From NCBI RefSeq assembly GCF_913776015.1, contig NZ_CAJYMD010000067.1:66274-130273 (forward strand): a stretch of 64,000 nt of DNA, written 5' to 3'. This stretch comes from an uncultured Oxalicibacterium sp. Lineage in GTDB: Bacteria; Pseudomonadota; Gammaproteobacteria; Burkholderiales; Burkholderiaceae_D. This document shows positions 28,286 to 37,982 of the stretch, one piece after another. The notes below the pieces were generated by a model that had not been told where the DNA came from, did no database searches, and saw only the letters and a program-made list of their open reading frames with translations. Numbering within the stretch: position 1 is the stretch's first letter; each line of letters begins with the position of its first letter. The translations under genes were made by a program, and so were the position numbers.

Positions 28286-30337
28286 ATGATGTCAAAACAG
28301 CTACGCTTTTCCAACTTCAGCTTTCCCAGCCGCAAGCAGGCATGGCGCTGGCTGTTGCCGCTCTTTCTCGGCCTGCTTTTCATCACCACCCTGATCTGGC
28401 TGCCGATCCATGAAAAGGAACAGGAAACCGCCGAGCGCCAGGAACAACTGGTCGCCGATTCGTTGTGGGTGGAGCAAACCATCCGTTTTCAATTGCAGCG
28501 CAATGAAGAAAGCCTGAGCCTGATGGCGGCCGAGGTCGCCGCCGGCTATCTGAAAGGCCGTCGCCTGCAAGAGCGCATGGAAAATCTGATCCGCAACAAT
28601 CACGAAATCCATCGCATCATTTATCTGGACACCAACGGCAAGCTGCTGACCTCGACAGATGAAACCCTGATGTCGCTCGACAGCCTGTCTACGCCTTCGC
28701 GTCAGGCAGATCAACGAGCCCGCACCACACGCTCCGCACTCTACAGTCAGCCTGCCGCCGACAAGACGGGCCCGGTCATGCTCGATTATCACGTACCGAT
28801 CTTCGTCGATGAGCAATACGCGGGCAGCATCATCGCCAGCTATCTGGCTTCCAGCATTCTGGACGACATGGTGCCGTGGTGGTTCGCGCAGGACAACGAG
28901 ATTGCGCTGACCGACATCCATGGCACCGTCATCCACAAGCGCGCGTCAGGTGGCGCGGGCCGTGGCATCTATACCCATCGACGCGCATTGAACCTGGCCG
29001 GTGTGTCATTGCAACTGGCAACCGACAGCATCAAGGGCGCGCCCAAGCTGCTGCCGAGCCTGCTGGTCGACGCCATCATCTTGCTATCGGTCGGGCTGAT
29101 GTGGAGCCTGATCGCGCTGTGGCGCGACATCAACCGACGCAACGCCGCCGAATCGGCATTGCGCGAACAGGTATCGTTCCGGATGGCGATGGAAAACTCG
29201 CTGATCACCGGCTTGCGCGCACGCGACCTCGATGGTCGCGTCACTTACGTCAACCCGGCCTTCTGCGAAATGGTTGGCATGCCGGCCGAGCAAATTGTCG
29301 GCAAATATCCGCCGATGCTCTACTGGGCGCCCGAGGCCATGAACGAATACCAGCGCCGTTTTGCACAGGTGGTGGCCGGCACCGTGACACCTCAGGGTTT
29401 CGAAACCGTGCTGCGACATGCCGACGGCACGCGCATTCCCGTCCTCTTCTTCGAATCGCCGCTGGTGGACGATACCGGCAAACAGACCGGCTGGATGGGA
29501 TCGATCCTCGACATTTCGGACCGCAAGCGCGTCGAAGACCTGAACCGTCAGCAGCAGGAAAAACTGCAGGCCAGCGCACGTCTGGCCACCATGGGTGAAA
29601 TCGCTTCGACGCTGGCGCATGAACTGAACCAGCCACTAGCCGCCATCTCCAGCTACACAACGGGCGCGCTGAACATGCTCGACAGCAAGCATCCGAAGAA
29701 TCTGGATTTCGGCATGATGCAGGAAGCATTGGAAAAGACCAATGCACAAGCCCAGCGCGCCGGTCAGATCATTCGCAGCGTGCATACCTTCGTCAAGAAA
29801 CGCGAACCGATGCGCGCACCGATCACCGTGGCCGAACTGATCGAAGCTGTCACGCCGCTGGTCGAGTTGCAGGCGCAAAAATATTTCGTCTCCATCGAAA
29901 TGGACGTACCGGAAGATTTGCCTCCCGTACTCGCCGATCGCGTGCTGCTGGAACAGGTGCTGCTGAACCTGACGCGTAACGCCATTGAATCCATGCAGAA
30001 CGTGCCGCCGTCCAAGCAAGTGCTACGCATCACGGCGGCCACCAATGATGGCTCGCCGCGCAATGTGATCGTTTCCATCATCGATCAGGGACATGGCATT
30101 TCGCCCGATGTCGCATCGCGCCTGTTTTCACCGTTCTTTTCTACCAAAGCGGATGGCATGGGCATGGGTCTGTCGATCTGCCGCACTGCCATCGAATTCC
30201 ACGGTGGCGCACTCACGCACGAAGACAATCCAGGCGGCGGCACGATTTTCCGCTTCTCGCTACCGGCCTATGTCCCAGCCTTGCACAACCGCTGGATAGG
30301 ATCGACCATGCGCGCCAGCACAGACCAGCTAAAATAA
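28286..30337 (+). CDS. Membrane PAS sensor histidine kinase (DctS-like)
   Basis: Two TM segments around a periplasmic domain, PAS (YVNPAFCEM), H-box LAHELNQPL, and N/G boxes. Confidence 0.9.
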   Translation: MMSKQLRFSNFSFPSRKQAWRWLLPLFLGLLFITTLIWLPIHEKEQETAERQEQLVADSLWVEQTIRFQLQRNEESLSLMAAEVAAGYLKGRRLQERMENLIRNNHEIHRIIYLDTNGKLLTSTDETLMSLDSLSTPSRQADQRARTTRSALYSQPAADKTGPVMLDYHVPIFVDEQYAGSIIASYLASSILDDMVPWWFAQDNEIALTDIHGTVIHKRASGGAGRGIYTHRRALNLAGVSLQLATDSIKGAPKLLPSLLVDAIILLSVGLMWSLIALWRDINRRNAAESALREQVSFRMAMENSLITGLRARDLDGRVTYVNPAFCEMVGMPAEQIVGKYPPMLYWAPEAMNEYQRRFAQVVAGTVTPQGFETVLRHADGTRIPVLFFESPLVDDTGKQTGWMGSILDISDRKRVEDLNRQQQEKLQASARLATMGEIASTLAHELNQPLAAISSYTTGALNMLDSKHPKNLDFGMMQEALEKTNAQAQRAGQIIRSVHTFVKKREPMRAPITVAELIEAVTPLVELQAQKYFVSIEMDVPEDLPPVLADRVLLEQVLLNLTRNAIESMQNVPPSKQVLRITAATNDGSPRNVIVSIIDQGHGISPDVASRLFSPFFSTKADGMGMGLSICRTAIEFHGGALTHEDNPGGGTIFRFSLPAYVPALHNRWIGSTMRASTDQLK

Positions 30338-30452
30338 CGCTTCTTTAACACGTACCGCTTTTGCTTCGTGCACGATACGCATCTTTATCGTGGCATGAAA
30401 ATGTCGTAAACCTCTGCCGTTGACGACATGGCTGACTGACAGGATTTTTGCA

Positions 30453-31043
30453 ATGCTGCACATTATTGACGACGAAGAAGTGATCCGCGATTCGCTGCTA
30501 TGGCTAGCCAAGTCGCGTGGCATTCCCGCCATCCCGCACGAAAACGGCAAGGCATTTCTCGCCATGCTTGACACCATGCAACGTACTGGCGCCCAGGGCC
30601 ATGCCCTGCTGCTGGATGTGCGCATGCCCGATCTGAGCGGCATTGCCCTGTTCGATCTGCTGGCCACGCGTGGCCTGACGCAAACCTTCCCCGTCATCTT
30701 CCTGACTGGTCATGGCGACGTGCCGATGGCGGTCGATGCACTCAAGCGTGGCGCCTTCGACTTCTTCGAGAAACCATTTAACGACAACAAGCTCATGGAC
30801 CGCGTTCAGGAAGCCTTGATCGCTTCCGAAGAAGCGATTGCCAGCGCCGCGATTCATACGCGTCTGGCGGCGCTGTCAAGCCGTGAACGCGAAGTGCTGG
30901 ACCTGATCCTCGAAGGCAAGATGAACAAGGTGATCGCCGACAAGCTCGGCATTTCGATGCGTACCGTGGAAGTCCATCGTGCACACATCTTCGACAAGAT
31001 GAACGTCAAGACAGCGGTGGAACTGGCGCGGCTGCTGAAGTAA
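30453..31043 (+). CDS. FixJ/DctR-type response regulator (REC + LuxR HTH)
   Basis: LHIIDDE, LLDVRMP, FLTGHG, EKPF, LSSREREV...NKVIADKLGISMRTVEVHR. Confidence 0.92.
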   Translation: MLHIIDDEEVIRDSLLWLAKSRGIPAIPHENGKAFLAMLDTMQRTGAQGHALLLDVRMPDLSGIALFDLLATRGLTQTFPVIFLTGHGDVPMAVDALKRGAFDFFEKPFNDNKLMDRVQEALIASEEAIASAAIHTRLAALSSREREVLDLILEGKMNKVIADKLGISMRTVEVHRAHIFDKMNVKTAVELARLLK

Positions 31044-31073
31044 AACAACGGCGTGCCACCCGAAACAACATCC

Positions 31074-31107
31074 GAAGGCGAGCTGCATGCTCGCCTTCAT
31101 TATTTTT
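31074..31107 (+). terminator. Intrinsic terminator
   Basis: gaaggcgagc-tgcat-gctcgccttc followed by attattttt. Confidence 0.7.
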
Positions 31108-31204
31108 CAAGCCGCAACAATGCGCTTCGTGTTTTACTGACGATCTTTGATTGATTGCCGAATCGATACCTGCTTAACGGCCCATTCGCCCATCACGATC
31201 TTCC

Positions 31205-32095
31205 ATGCATATCGTCAACCTTCTGCTGCCGGACTTTTTGCTGATTCTGTTCGGCGCGCTCCTGATTCGCGTCACGAAATGGGGTACGCCATTTTGGGAA
31301 GGCATGGAGAAGATGATCTATTACATCCTCTTCCCTGCACTGCTGTTCTATTCCACCGCTCGCTCGCCTATCGATTTCTCGAAAACCGGTACCTTTCTGC
31401 AGATTGCGCTGGCCGCGTGTATCTCCGGCATCGTGTTCGGCTGGTTCGCCAAACCGCTGTTCAAGGCCAAGCCGATGATGTTCGAATCGGGTGTGCAGAC
31501 GGCCTTCCGTTTCAATTCATATATCGCACTGGCGATCGCCAGTCGTCTCGGCGGCCCCGAAGGCACCTCGCTGATGGGCCTGATCATCGGTTTTGCCGTA
31601 CCGCTCTGCAATATGGCGGCAGTGCATGCGCTCGTGAAAGACAAGGGCGGGCTGCTGCTTGAACTATTGAAGAATCCGCTGCTGGTGGCAACGTTGAGCG
31701 GAGTGCTATTCAATCTGGCCGGTCTGCATCTGCCGGAACTGGCATCGGCTTTCCTGTCGCGCCTCGGCAATGCGTCGATTGCACTGGGCCTGATCATGGT
31801 CGGTGCAGGCCTGCGCATGACGGGGCTGCACGAATCCAAGGGCATCGCCGCATGGTTCCTCACAGTGAAACTGCTGGTTGTGCCTGCCATTACCTACGGA
31901 CTCGGCATCTGGGCCGGACTCTCGCAAGAGCAATTGACGCTGGTGGTAATGTTTGCCGCGCTACCGACCGCATCGAGCTGCTACGTGCTGGCCGTGCGCA
32001 TGGGTGGCAACGGGCCGTTCACGGCATTCCTGATTTCTGCCAGCACCTTGCTGTCGATGGCAAGTTTGCCTCTGTGGCTGGCACTGCTACAGTAA
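31205..32095 (+). CDS. AEC (auxin efflux carrier) family transporter
   Basis: Polytopic membrane protein, ILFPALLF, FRFNSY, AALPTASSCYVLA..MGG. Confidence 0.85.
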   Translation: MHIVNLLLPDFLLILFGALLIRVTKWGTPFWEGMEKMIYYILFPALLFYSTARSPIDFSKTGTFLQIALAACISGIVFGWFAKPLFKAKPMMFESGVQTAFRFNSYIALAIASRLGGPEGTSLMGLIIGFAVPLCNMAAVHALVKDKGGLLLELLKNPLLVATLSGVLFNLAGLHLPELASAFLSRLGNASIALGLIMVGAGLRMTGLHESKGIAAWFLTVKLLVVPAITYGLGIWAGLSQEQLTLVVMFAALPTASSCYVLAVRMGGNGPFTAFLISASTLLSMASLPLWLALLQ

Positions 32096-32165
32096 TGCCT
32101 CGCGCAAGTGCATGCTGGCTAATCCACGCCTGCGTACTACCCGCCCTCGCCAACCGGACATTCGC

Positions 32166-32654
32166 ATGACCCAAACCATCCACGCCCATCTGCATGAAGA
32201 AGCCGCCACACTCGCGCTTGGCAACGCACTGGCGGCCGCAATCATGCCCGGCCTCACGATTTACCTACATGGCGATCTGGGTGCCGGCAAGACTGCACTC
32301 ACGCGCGCATTGCTGCATGCATTGGGTCATACCGGCCATGTCAAGAGCCCGACCTACACACTGGCCGAGCCCTACGCGATCACGACAGCGAACGGGGTGT
32401 TGACGGTGATTCATTTCGATCTGTATCGCATGAGCAGCGCCGAAGAGTTTCTCGATGCAGGTTTTCGGGAACATTTCAACGCAGAAACCGTCTGCATCAT
32501 CGAATGGCCGGAAAAGGCCGAAGGCGTCCTGCCCGATCCCGATCTGCGTATCAGCCTCGCAGTCGCGGGTCAGGGGCGTGATGTAGAATTGCTGGCGTTG
32601 TCCGATCAAGGTATTGCATGTCTGAACCGACTGAAATTCGCTCCCAATCTGTAA
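32166..32654 (+). CDS. tsaE: tRNA threonylcarbamoyladenosine biosynthesis ATPase
   Basis: GDLGAGKT, VKSPTYTL, HFDLYR, IEWPE. Confidence 0.96.
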   Translation: MTQTIHAHLHEEAATLALGNALAAAIMPGLTIYLHGDLGAGKTALTRALLHALGHTGHVKSPTYTLAEPYAITTANGVLTVIHFDLYRMSSAEEFLDAGFREHFNAETVCIIEWPEKAEGVLPDPDLRISLAVAGQGRDVELLALSDQGIACLNRLKFAPNL

Positions 32655-33967
32655 TCGCCAAGCGACGCCGGACGGTCTTGAAGGCCGGCAGCACGCTCCT
32701 CATTTCCCTGCTGACGCCGATCACGGCACGTGCCGCCCAGATTCTGGCGGTGCGCATGTGGCCGGCAGAAGACTACACACGCGTCACGCTGGAAAACGAT
32801 ACTGATCTCAAGACGCAGCATTTCACGCTCGACAATCCTGATCGGCTGGTCATCGACATCGAAGGCATCGACCTCAATCCGACACTGAAGAGTCTGGTCG
32901 CCAAGGTGCAGGCCAACGATCCGTATGTCAGCAAGATCCGCGTCGGGCAAAACAAGCCGCATGTGGTACGGCTGGTGTTCGATCTGAAGGAAAAGATCAA
33001 TCCGCAGGTGTTCACGCTGGCACCTGTCGGCGAATATCAACATCGTCTGGTATTCGATCTTTATCCGGTCAATCCGCCCGATCCGATTGCCGCATTGATT
33101 CGCGACGGCAAATGGTCGATCGACGACCCGGTTGCAGAGGCCGTACCTTCATCGCCTTCGCCAGCGCCGGCACCGAACACGCCTTCTGCGCCACCGATGG
33201 CGGAAGTCTCCCCACCCGTGCCGGAAACCAAGCCCGGACGCAAACCGCAAGTTTCCCGCATGCTGACGATCGCACTCGATCCCGGCCACGGCGGTGAAGA
33301 CCCGGGCGCCATCGGTGCACGCGGCAGTTATGAAAAACACGTCGTGCTGTCGATCGCCAAACGCCTGAAGGCCAAGCTCGAACGTGAACCCAATATGCGC
33401 GTGATGCTGACGCGCGACGGCGATTTCTTCGTGCCGCTCGGCATGCGTGTGCAAAAGGCGCGGCGTGTGCAAGCCGACCTGTTCGTGTCGATCCACGCCG
33501 ATGCCTTTGTAAAACCGACTGCCAATGGTTCATCGGTCTTTGCCCTCTCGGAAAAAGGCGCAAGCTCGACCGCCGCACGCTGGCTGGCGAACAAGGAAAA
33601 TGCGGCCGATCTGATCGGCGGCGCCAACCTCAAAGCGGGTGCCGACAAGCAATTAGCCAGCGTGCTGTTCGATCTTTCGACTACCGCGCAGATCAACGAC
33701 AGCCTGAAACTGGGCAAGGCCGTGCTACAGGAAATCGGCGGCATCAACCGCCTGCACAAGAATGCGGTCGAACAGGCCGGATTTGCGGTGTTGAAAGCGC
33801 CGGACATTCCCAGCATCCTGATCGAAACCGCCTTCATCTCCAACCCCGAAGAGGAAGCGCGCCTCAACGACAATGCCTATCAGGACCGCATGGCCGAGGC
33901 CATCGCACAAGGTATCAAACGCTACTTTGCGAAGAATCCGCCGCTGGCAAAAGGCCGCATGATGTAA
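32618..33967 (+). CDS. amiC: N-acetylmuramoyl-L-alanine amidase with TAT signal and AMIN domain
   Basis: RRRTVLK, AMIN region, LDPGHGGEDPGA, VSIHADA, SILIETAFISN. Confidence 0.92.
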   Translation: MSEPTEIRSQSVIAKRRRTVLKAGSTLLISLLTPITARAAQILAVRMWPAEDYTRVTLENDTDLKTQHFTLDNPDRLVIDIEGIDLNPTLKSLVAKVQANDPYVSKIRVGQNKPHVVRLVFDLKEKINPQVFTLAPVGEYQHRLVFDLYPVNPPDPIAALIRDGKWSIDDPVAEAVPSSPSPAPAPNTPSAPPMAEVSPPVPETKPGRKPQVSRMLTIALDPGHGGEDPGAIGARGSYEKHVVLSIAKRLKAKLEREPNMRVMLTRDGDFFVPLGMRVQKARRVQADLFVSIHADAFVKPTANGSSVFALSEKGASSTAARWLANKENAADLIGGANLKAGADKQLASVLFDLSTTAQINDSLKLGKAVLQEIGGINRLHKNAVEQAGFAVLKAPDIPSILIETAFISNPEEEARLNDNAYQDRMAEAIAQGIKRYFAKNPPLAKGRMM

Positions 33968-33997
33968 AAAAGGCGTGGATCAAATCCACGCCTTTTT
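33967..33997. terminator. Bidirectional intrinsic terminator (amiC/dedA)
   Basis: aaaaaggcgtggat-caa-atccacgccttttt. Confidence 0.85.
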
Positions 33998-34011
33998 CTT
34001 TGCTCCGTGCT

Positions 34012-34662
34012 TCAGGAAGGCTTGCGTGCAAAGCGCTTGCCGAACTTCCACAACACACCGATCAGCACCGGACCCGCCGCCGCGGCAACGCCAATCAAAA
34101 CGATTGAACTCAAGTGGTCGCGAATGATGGGAATGTTGCCGAACAAATAGCCGGCCGTCACCAAACCCACGATCCACAACAGCGCACCCGTGCAATTGAA
34201 CAACTGGAATTTACCGAAGGTCATTTTCGATACGCCCGCCACGAAAGGCGCGAACGTGCGCACGATGGGCAGGAAGCGCGCCAGCACCAGAAACTTGCCG
34301 CCGTGGTTTTCATAAAAGGCGTGCGTGCGTTGCAATGCATTGCGATCCAGCCAGCGGTAGTCGTGCGTATAGACCTTGTCGCCAATGGCAGAGCCGATCC
34401 AGTAATTGACCGTGTTGCCCAGAATGGCTGCGACGCTCAGCAAGAAAATCAGCAAGCCCAGATGCATGGCACCGCTGGCGCAAAAAGCGCCCGCGATGAA
34501 CAGCAAGGTATCGCCCGGCAGAAAGGGGAAAATCACGAGTCCGGTTTCACTGAAGATGATGGCGAACAGGACCAGATAAATGAGGGGGCCGTATTGTGCG
34601 ATGAAGACACCGAGATACTTGTCGACGTGCAAGATCATGTCGACCAACTGCATGAATTCCAT
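34012..34662 (-). CDS. dedA: DedA/VTT family membrane protein
   Basis: FSETGLVIFPFLPGDTLLF, ARFLPIVRTFAP; GGAG RBS before MEFMQLV. Confidence 0.92.
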   Translation of the reverse strand: MEFMQLVDMILHVDKYLGVFIAQYGPLIYLVLFAIIFSETGLVIFPFLPGDTLLFIAGAFCASGAMHLGLLIFLLSVAAILGNTVNYWIGSAIGDKVYTHDYRWLDRNALQRTHAFYENHGGKFLVLARFLPIVRTFAPFVAGVSKMTFGKFQLFNCTGALLWIVGLVTAGYLFGNIPIIRDHLSSIVLIGVAAAAGPVLIGVLWKFGKRFARKPS

Positions 34663-34810
34663 AATTCTCCTTGGTTGCCCGCACATGATACCTGAGCCAT
34701 GAAATGTGGTCAGAACGACATCAGAAATCGTCGCACCACCGCAGCCATGAAGAATGTCAGGCACAGCGCATCCTTCCGCAGTCGCCATCCGTAGCCGCTA
34801 TAATGCGGCG

Positions 34811-36667
34811 ATGCATGCCACCCAGTCTTCCCATCGGCCGATCCAGCCGCTTTCCGACCAGCTCATCTCGCAAATCGCCGCCGGCGAAGTGGTCGAACGT
34901 CCTTCCGCAGTCGTCAAGGAACTGCTCGAAAACGCGCTCGACGCCGGTGCCACGCAAATCACGGTGCGGCTCGAACAAGGCGGCGTCAAGCGCATTGCCA
35001 TCACGGACAACGGCCGCGGCATCCCGCCCGAGCAGATGCCACTGGCACTGGCGCGTCACGCAACCTCCAAGATCGCCTCGCTGAATGAACTCGAAAACGT
35101 CGCCACACTGGGTTTTCGTGGCGAAGCGCTGGCTTCGATCGCCTCGGTCGCGCAATTGACGCTGACCTCGCGCACTGCCGATGCCCCGCATGCATGGGAA
35201 ATCGTCGGCAATCACAATGCGCAGGTAGCACCATCGTCCGGTGCAGTCGGTACCACCATTGATGTGCAGGACCTTTATTTCAATACGCCGGCGCGCCGCA
35301 AGTTTCTGAAAACCGAACAGACCGAGTTCGGCCATTGCGCCGAAGTCCTGCGACGCATTGCATTGTCGCGCCCTGACGTCGCTTTCTCGCTCACGCACAA
35401 CGGCAAGACGGTCGATCACTGGAATGTGACCGACATTGCCAAGCGCAGTGCACACGTTCTCGGCAATGACTTCGCCGGTGCCCGCCTGCCGATCGAAGCG
35501 CAAGCCGGTCCGCTCACGTTGTCGGGCTTCATCGGTTTGCCGACTGCCGCCAAGGCACGCGCCGATGCGCAGTATTTCTATGTCAATGGCCGCTTCGTGC
35601 GCGACAAGCTGCTCACCCATGCGGTGCGCTCGGCTTATCAGGATGTGCTGCATGGCGACCGCTATCCGTCCTATGCGATCAGCCTCGATCTCGATCCGGC
35701 GCTGGTCGATGTGAACGTGCATCCGTCCAAGATCGAAGTGCGCTTCCGTGACAGTCGTGCCGTGCACCAATTCGTGTTCCATGCAGTACAGCGTGCACTG
35801 GCGCAAACCTCGGCTACGGCGCACGGTGTCGCGCCGGCACCGACACCCGCTTCGTCCTCGGTGTTGCCATGGCTGCGCGAACAGCAACAGACATCGTTCA
35901 GCAGTCAATTCGCCGGTAGTGGTGGTTTTGGTGTCGCGCAAACAACCGCGAATTACGGCGCACTGTTCTCGACTTCGCAAACCGACAGACCTGCGTTCTC
36001 AGCTACTTTTACCGACACCGTAACTGGCTCGCCTGTCGATACCATTGGCTTGCCATCGAACAGCACGATGTCGGATGAGGAAGAACATCCGCTAGGCTTC
36101 GCGCTGGCGCAGCTGCACGGCATCTTCGTGCTCGCACAAAACCGCAAGGGCTTGGTGCTGGTCGACATGCACGCCGCTCATGAACGTATCCTCTACGAGC
36201 AATTGAAGAACGCGCTCGACAGCGATGCCATGCAAGTGCAACCGCTGCTGATCCCCGTGACTTTCTATGCAGATGAAGTCGAAGTCGGCACCGCTACCGA
36301 AAGCCAGGACATCCTGCGCTCTCTGGGATTCGACATCACGCCACTGTCGCCAACCACACTTGCGGTACGCGCCGTACCGGCATTGTTGAAGAATGCCGAT
36401 GCGCAATCGCTGGCGCGCGATGTCCTGCGCGACGTACGCGAATTCGGCGGTTCACGGATACTGGTAGAGCGACGTAATGAAATGCTCGGCACACTGGCCT
36501 GCCATACCGCCGTGCGCGCCAATCGCAGCCTGACCATCCCCGAAATGAATGCGCTGTTGCGCCAGATGGAAATTACCGAACGAGCAGACCAATGCAATCA
36601 TGGCCGTCCGACTTGGGTACAACTGGGTCTGTCCGACCTGGACAAACTGTTCCTGCGCGGCCAGTGA
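34811..36667 (+). CDS. mutL: DNA mismatch repair endonuclease MutL
   Basis: [55 protein letters not shown]. Confidence 0.97.
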   Translation: MHATQSSHRPIQPLSDQLISQIAAGEVVERPSAVVKELLENALDAGATQITVRLEQGGVKRIAITDNGRGIPPEQMPLALARHATSKIASLNELENVATLGFRGEALASIASVAQLTLTSRTADAPHAWEIVGNHNAQVAPSSGAVGTTIDVQDLYFNTPARRKFLKTEQTEFGHCAEVLRRIALSRPDVAFSLTHNGKTVDHWNVTDIAKRSAHVLGNDFAGARLPIEAQAGPLTLSGFIGLPTAAKARADAQYFYVNGRFVRDKLLTHAVRSAYQDVLHGDRYPSYAISLDLDPALVDVNVHPSKIEVRFRDSRAVHQFVFHAVQRALAQTSATAHGVAPAPTPASSSVLPWLREQQQTSFSSQFAGSGGFGVAQTTANYGALFSTSQTDRPAFSATFTDTVTGSPVDTIGLPSNSTMSDEEEHPLGFALAQLHGIFVLAQNRKGLVLVDMHAAHERILYEQLKNALDSDAMQVQPLLIPVTFYADEVEVGTATESQDILRSLGFDITPLSPTTLAVRAVPALLKNADAQSLARDVLRDVREFGGSRILVERRNEMLGTLACHTAVRANRSLTIPEMNALLRQMEITERADQCNHGRPTWVQLGLSDLDKLFLRGQ

Positions 36668-36680
36668 ATCGCGTAGTCGC

Positions 36681-37640
36681 ATGAACATCTCCGCGCACAA
36701 ACCGTTGGCTGTTGCCATCATGGGCCCGACAGCGTCGGGCAAGACTGCCGCCGCACTCAAGATCGCACATCATCTGCCGAGCGAAATCATTTCGGTCGAT
36801 TCCGCACTGGTCTATCGCGGCATGGATATCGGTACGGCCAAGCCGACCATCGAAGAGCGCGCACAGGCCCCGCATCACCTGATCGACATTCTCGATCCGC
36901 TCGATGCCTATTCGGTCATGCAGTTTCGCAACGATGCGATTCGGCTGGTCGCCGACATCCAGTCGCGTGGCAAATTACCGCTACTGGTCGGCGGCACCAT
37001 GCTGTACTTCAAAGGCTTGCGTGACGGTCTCGACGATCTGCCGCAAGCAGATCCCGCGATTCGTGCCGCACTCGATGCCGAAGAAGCAAAGCACGGTACG
37101 CCCGCCATGCATGCACGACTTGCCCTCGTCGATCCTGTCACGGCAGCACGACTCAAACCCAACGATTCGCAACGCATCCAGCGCGCGCTGGAAATCCATC
37201 AGCTCACCGGCCAGCCCATGTCTTCCCTGCTGGCACGCGCACCGAAAGAGGAATTGCCTTTCGATCTCTTGCCGATTGCACTCGAACCGTCGGATCGCAG
37301 TGTGCTGCATCGTCGCATTGCACAGCGTTTCGATGCGATGCTGCGCAATGACGCTCTGATCGATGAAGTCCAAGCCTTGCGCAAACGCGGCGATTTGCAT
37401 CCGGGCCTGCCTTCCATCCGCTGTGTTGGCTATCGCCAGACCTGGGATTATCTGGATGGCTATTACGGCATGGCCGAATTGCGTGAAAAAGGCATCGTTG
37501 CCACGCGCCAGCTCGCCAAACGGCAAATCACGTGGCTGCGCGCCATGCCGGACCGCATCGTCGTGGATTGTCTGAGCACCAATGCCCCAACTATCATTTT
37601 GCAAACCATACAGCGCAGTTTGTCCCGTTTGTCATCCTGA
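36681..37640 (+). CDS. miaA: tRNA dimethylallyltransferase
   Basis: [40 protein letters not shown]. Confidence 0.97.
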   Translation: MNISAHKPLAVAIMGPTASGKTAAALKIAHHLPSEIISVDSALVYRGMDIGTAKPTIEERAQAPHHLIDILDPLDAYSVMQFRNDAIRLVADIQSRGKLPLLVGGTMLYFKGLRDGLDDLPQADPAIRAALDAEEAKHGTPAMHARLALVDPVTAARLKPNDSQRIQRALEIHQLTGQPMSSLLARAPKEELPFDLLPIALEPSDRSVLHRRIAQRFDAMLRNDALIDEVQALRKRGDLHPGLPSIRCVGYRQTWDYLDGYYGMAELREKGIVATRQLAKRQITWLRAMPDRIVVDCLSTNAPTIILQTIQRSLSRLSS

Positions 37641-37681
37641 TACGCCCGCATCTTGACGGACACACAACCACGAGACGATGG

Positions 37682-37710
37682 TTGACAAGCCTTCTGAAAA
37701 CACCCATAAT
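37682..37710 (+). promoter_or_regulatory. sigma70 promoter of the tRNA
   Basis: TTGACA-N17-CATAAT followed by a GC-rich discriminator. Confidence 0.8.
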
Positions 37711-37722
37711 CGCGGGCTATCT

Positions 37723-37799
37723 GGTGATATAGCTCAGTTGGTTAGAGCACAGCACTCATAATGCTGGGGTCGGTGGTTCAAATCCACCTATCACCACCA
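37723..37799 (+). tRNA. tRNA-Met (CAT), elongator-like
   Basis: Cloverleaf GGTGATA...TAGCTCAGTTGGTTAGAGC, anticodon arm CAGCA-CTCATAA-TGCTG, GGTTCAAATCC, encoded CCA. Resembles elongator metT more than initiator or Ile2 tRNA. Confidence 0.93.
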
Positions 37800-37822
37800 A
37801 GACATGTTCTTCGGAACGTCCT

Positions 37823-37864
37823 AAAACCCGTTTCACGCTTCGGCTGGAACGGGTTTTTTGTTTT
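37823..37864 (+). terminator. Intrinsic terminator after the tRNA
   Basis: aaaacccgtt...gc-ttcg-gc...aacgggtttttt. Confidence 0.8.
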
Positions 37865-37982
37865 CATTCGCAGAAATTGCTTTCCGAAGCGCACGATTTG
37901 TAGGAACCTGTGTCTACAACTGCGCATCACCCTTCCCGGCCAAGCTTCTTCGGTCTGAGTCCACCACACTTTCTTCAGGAAT

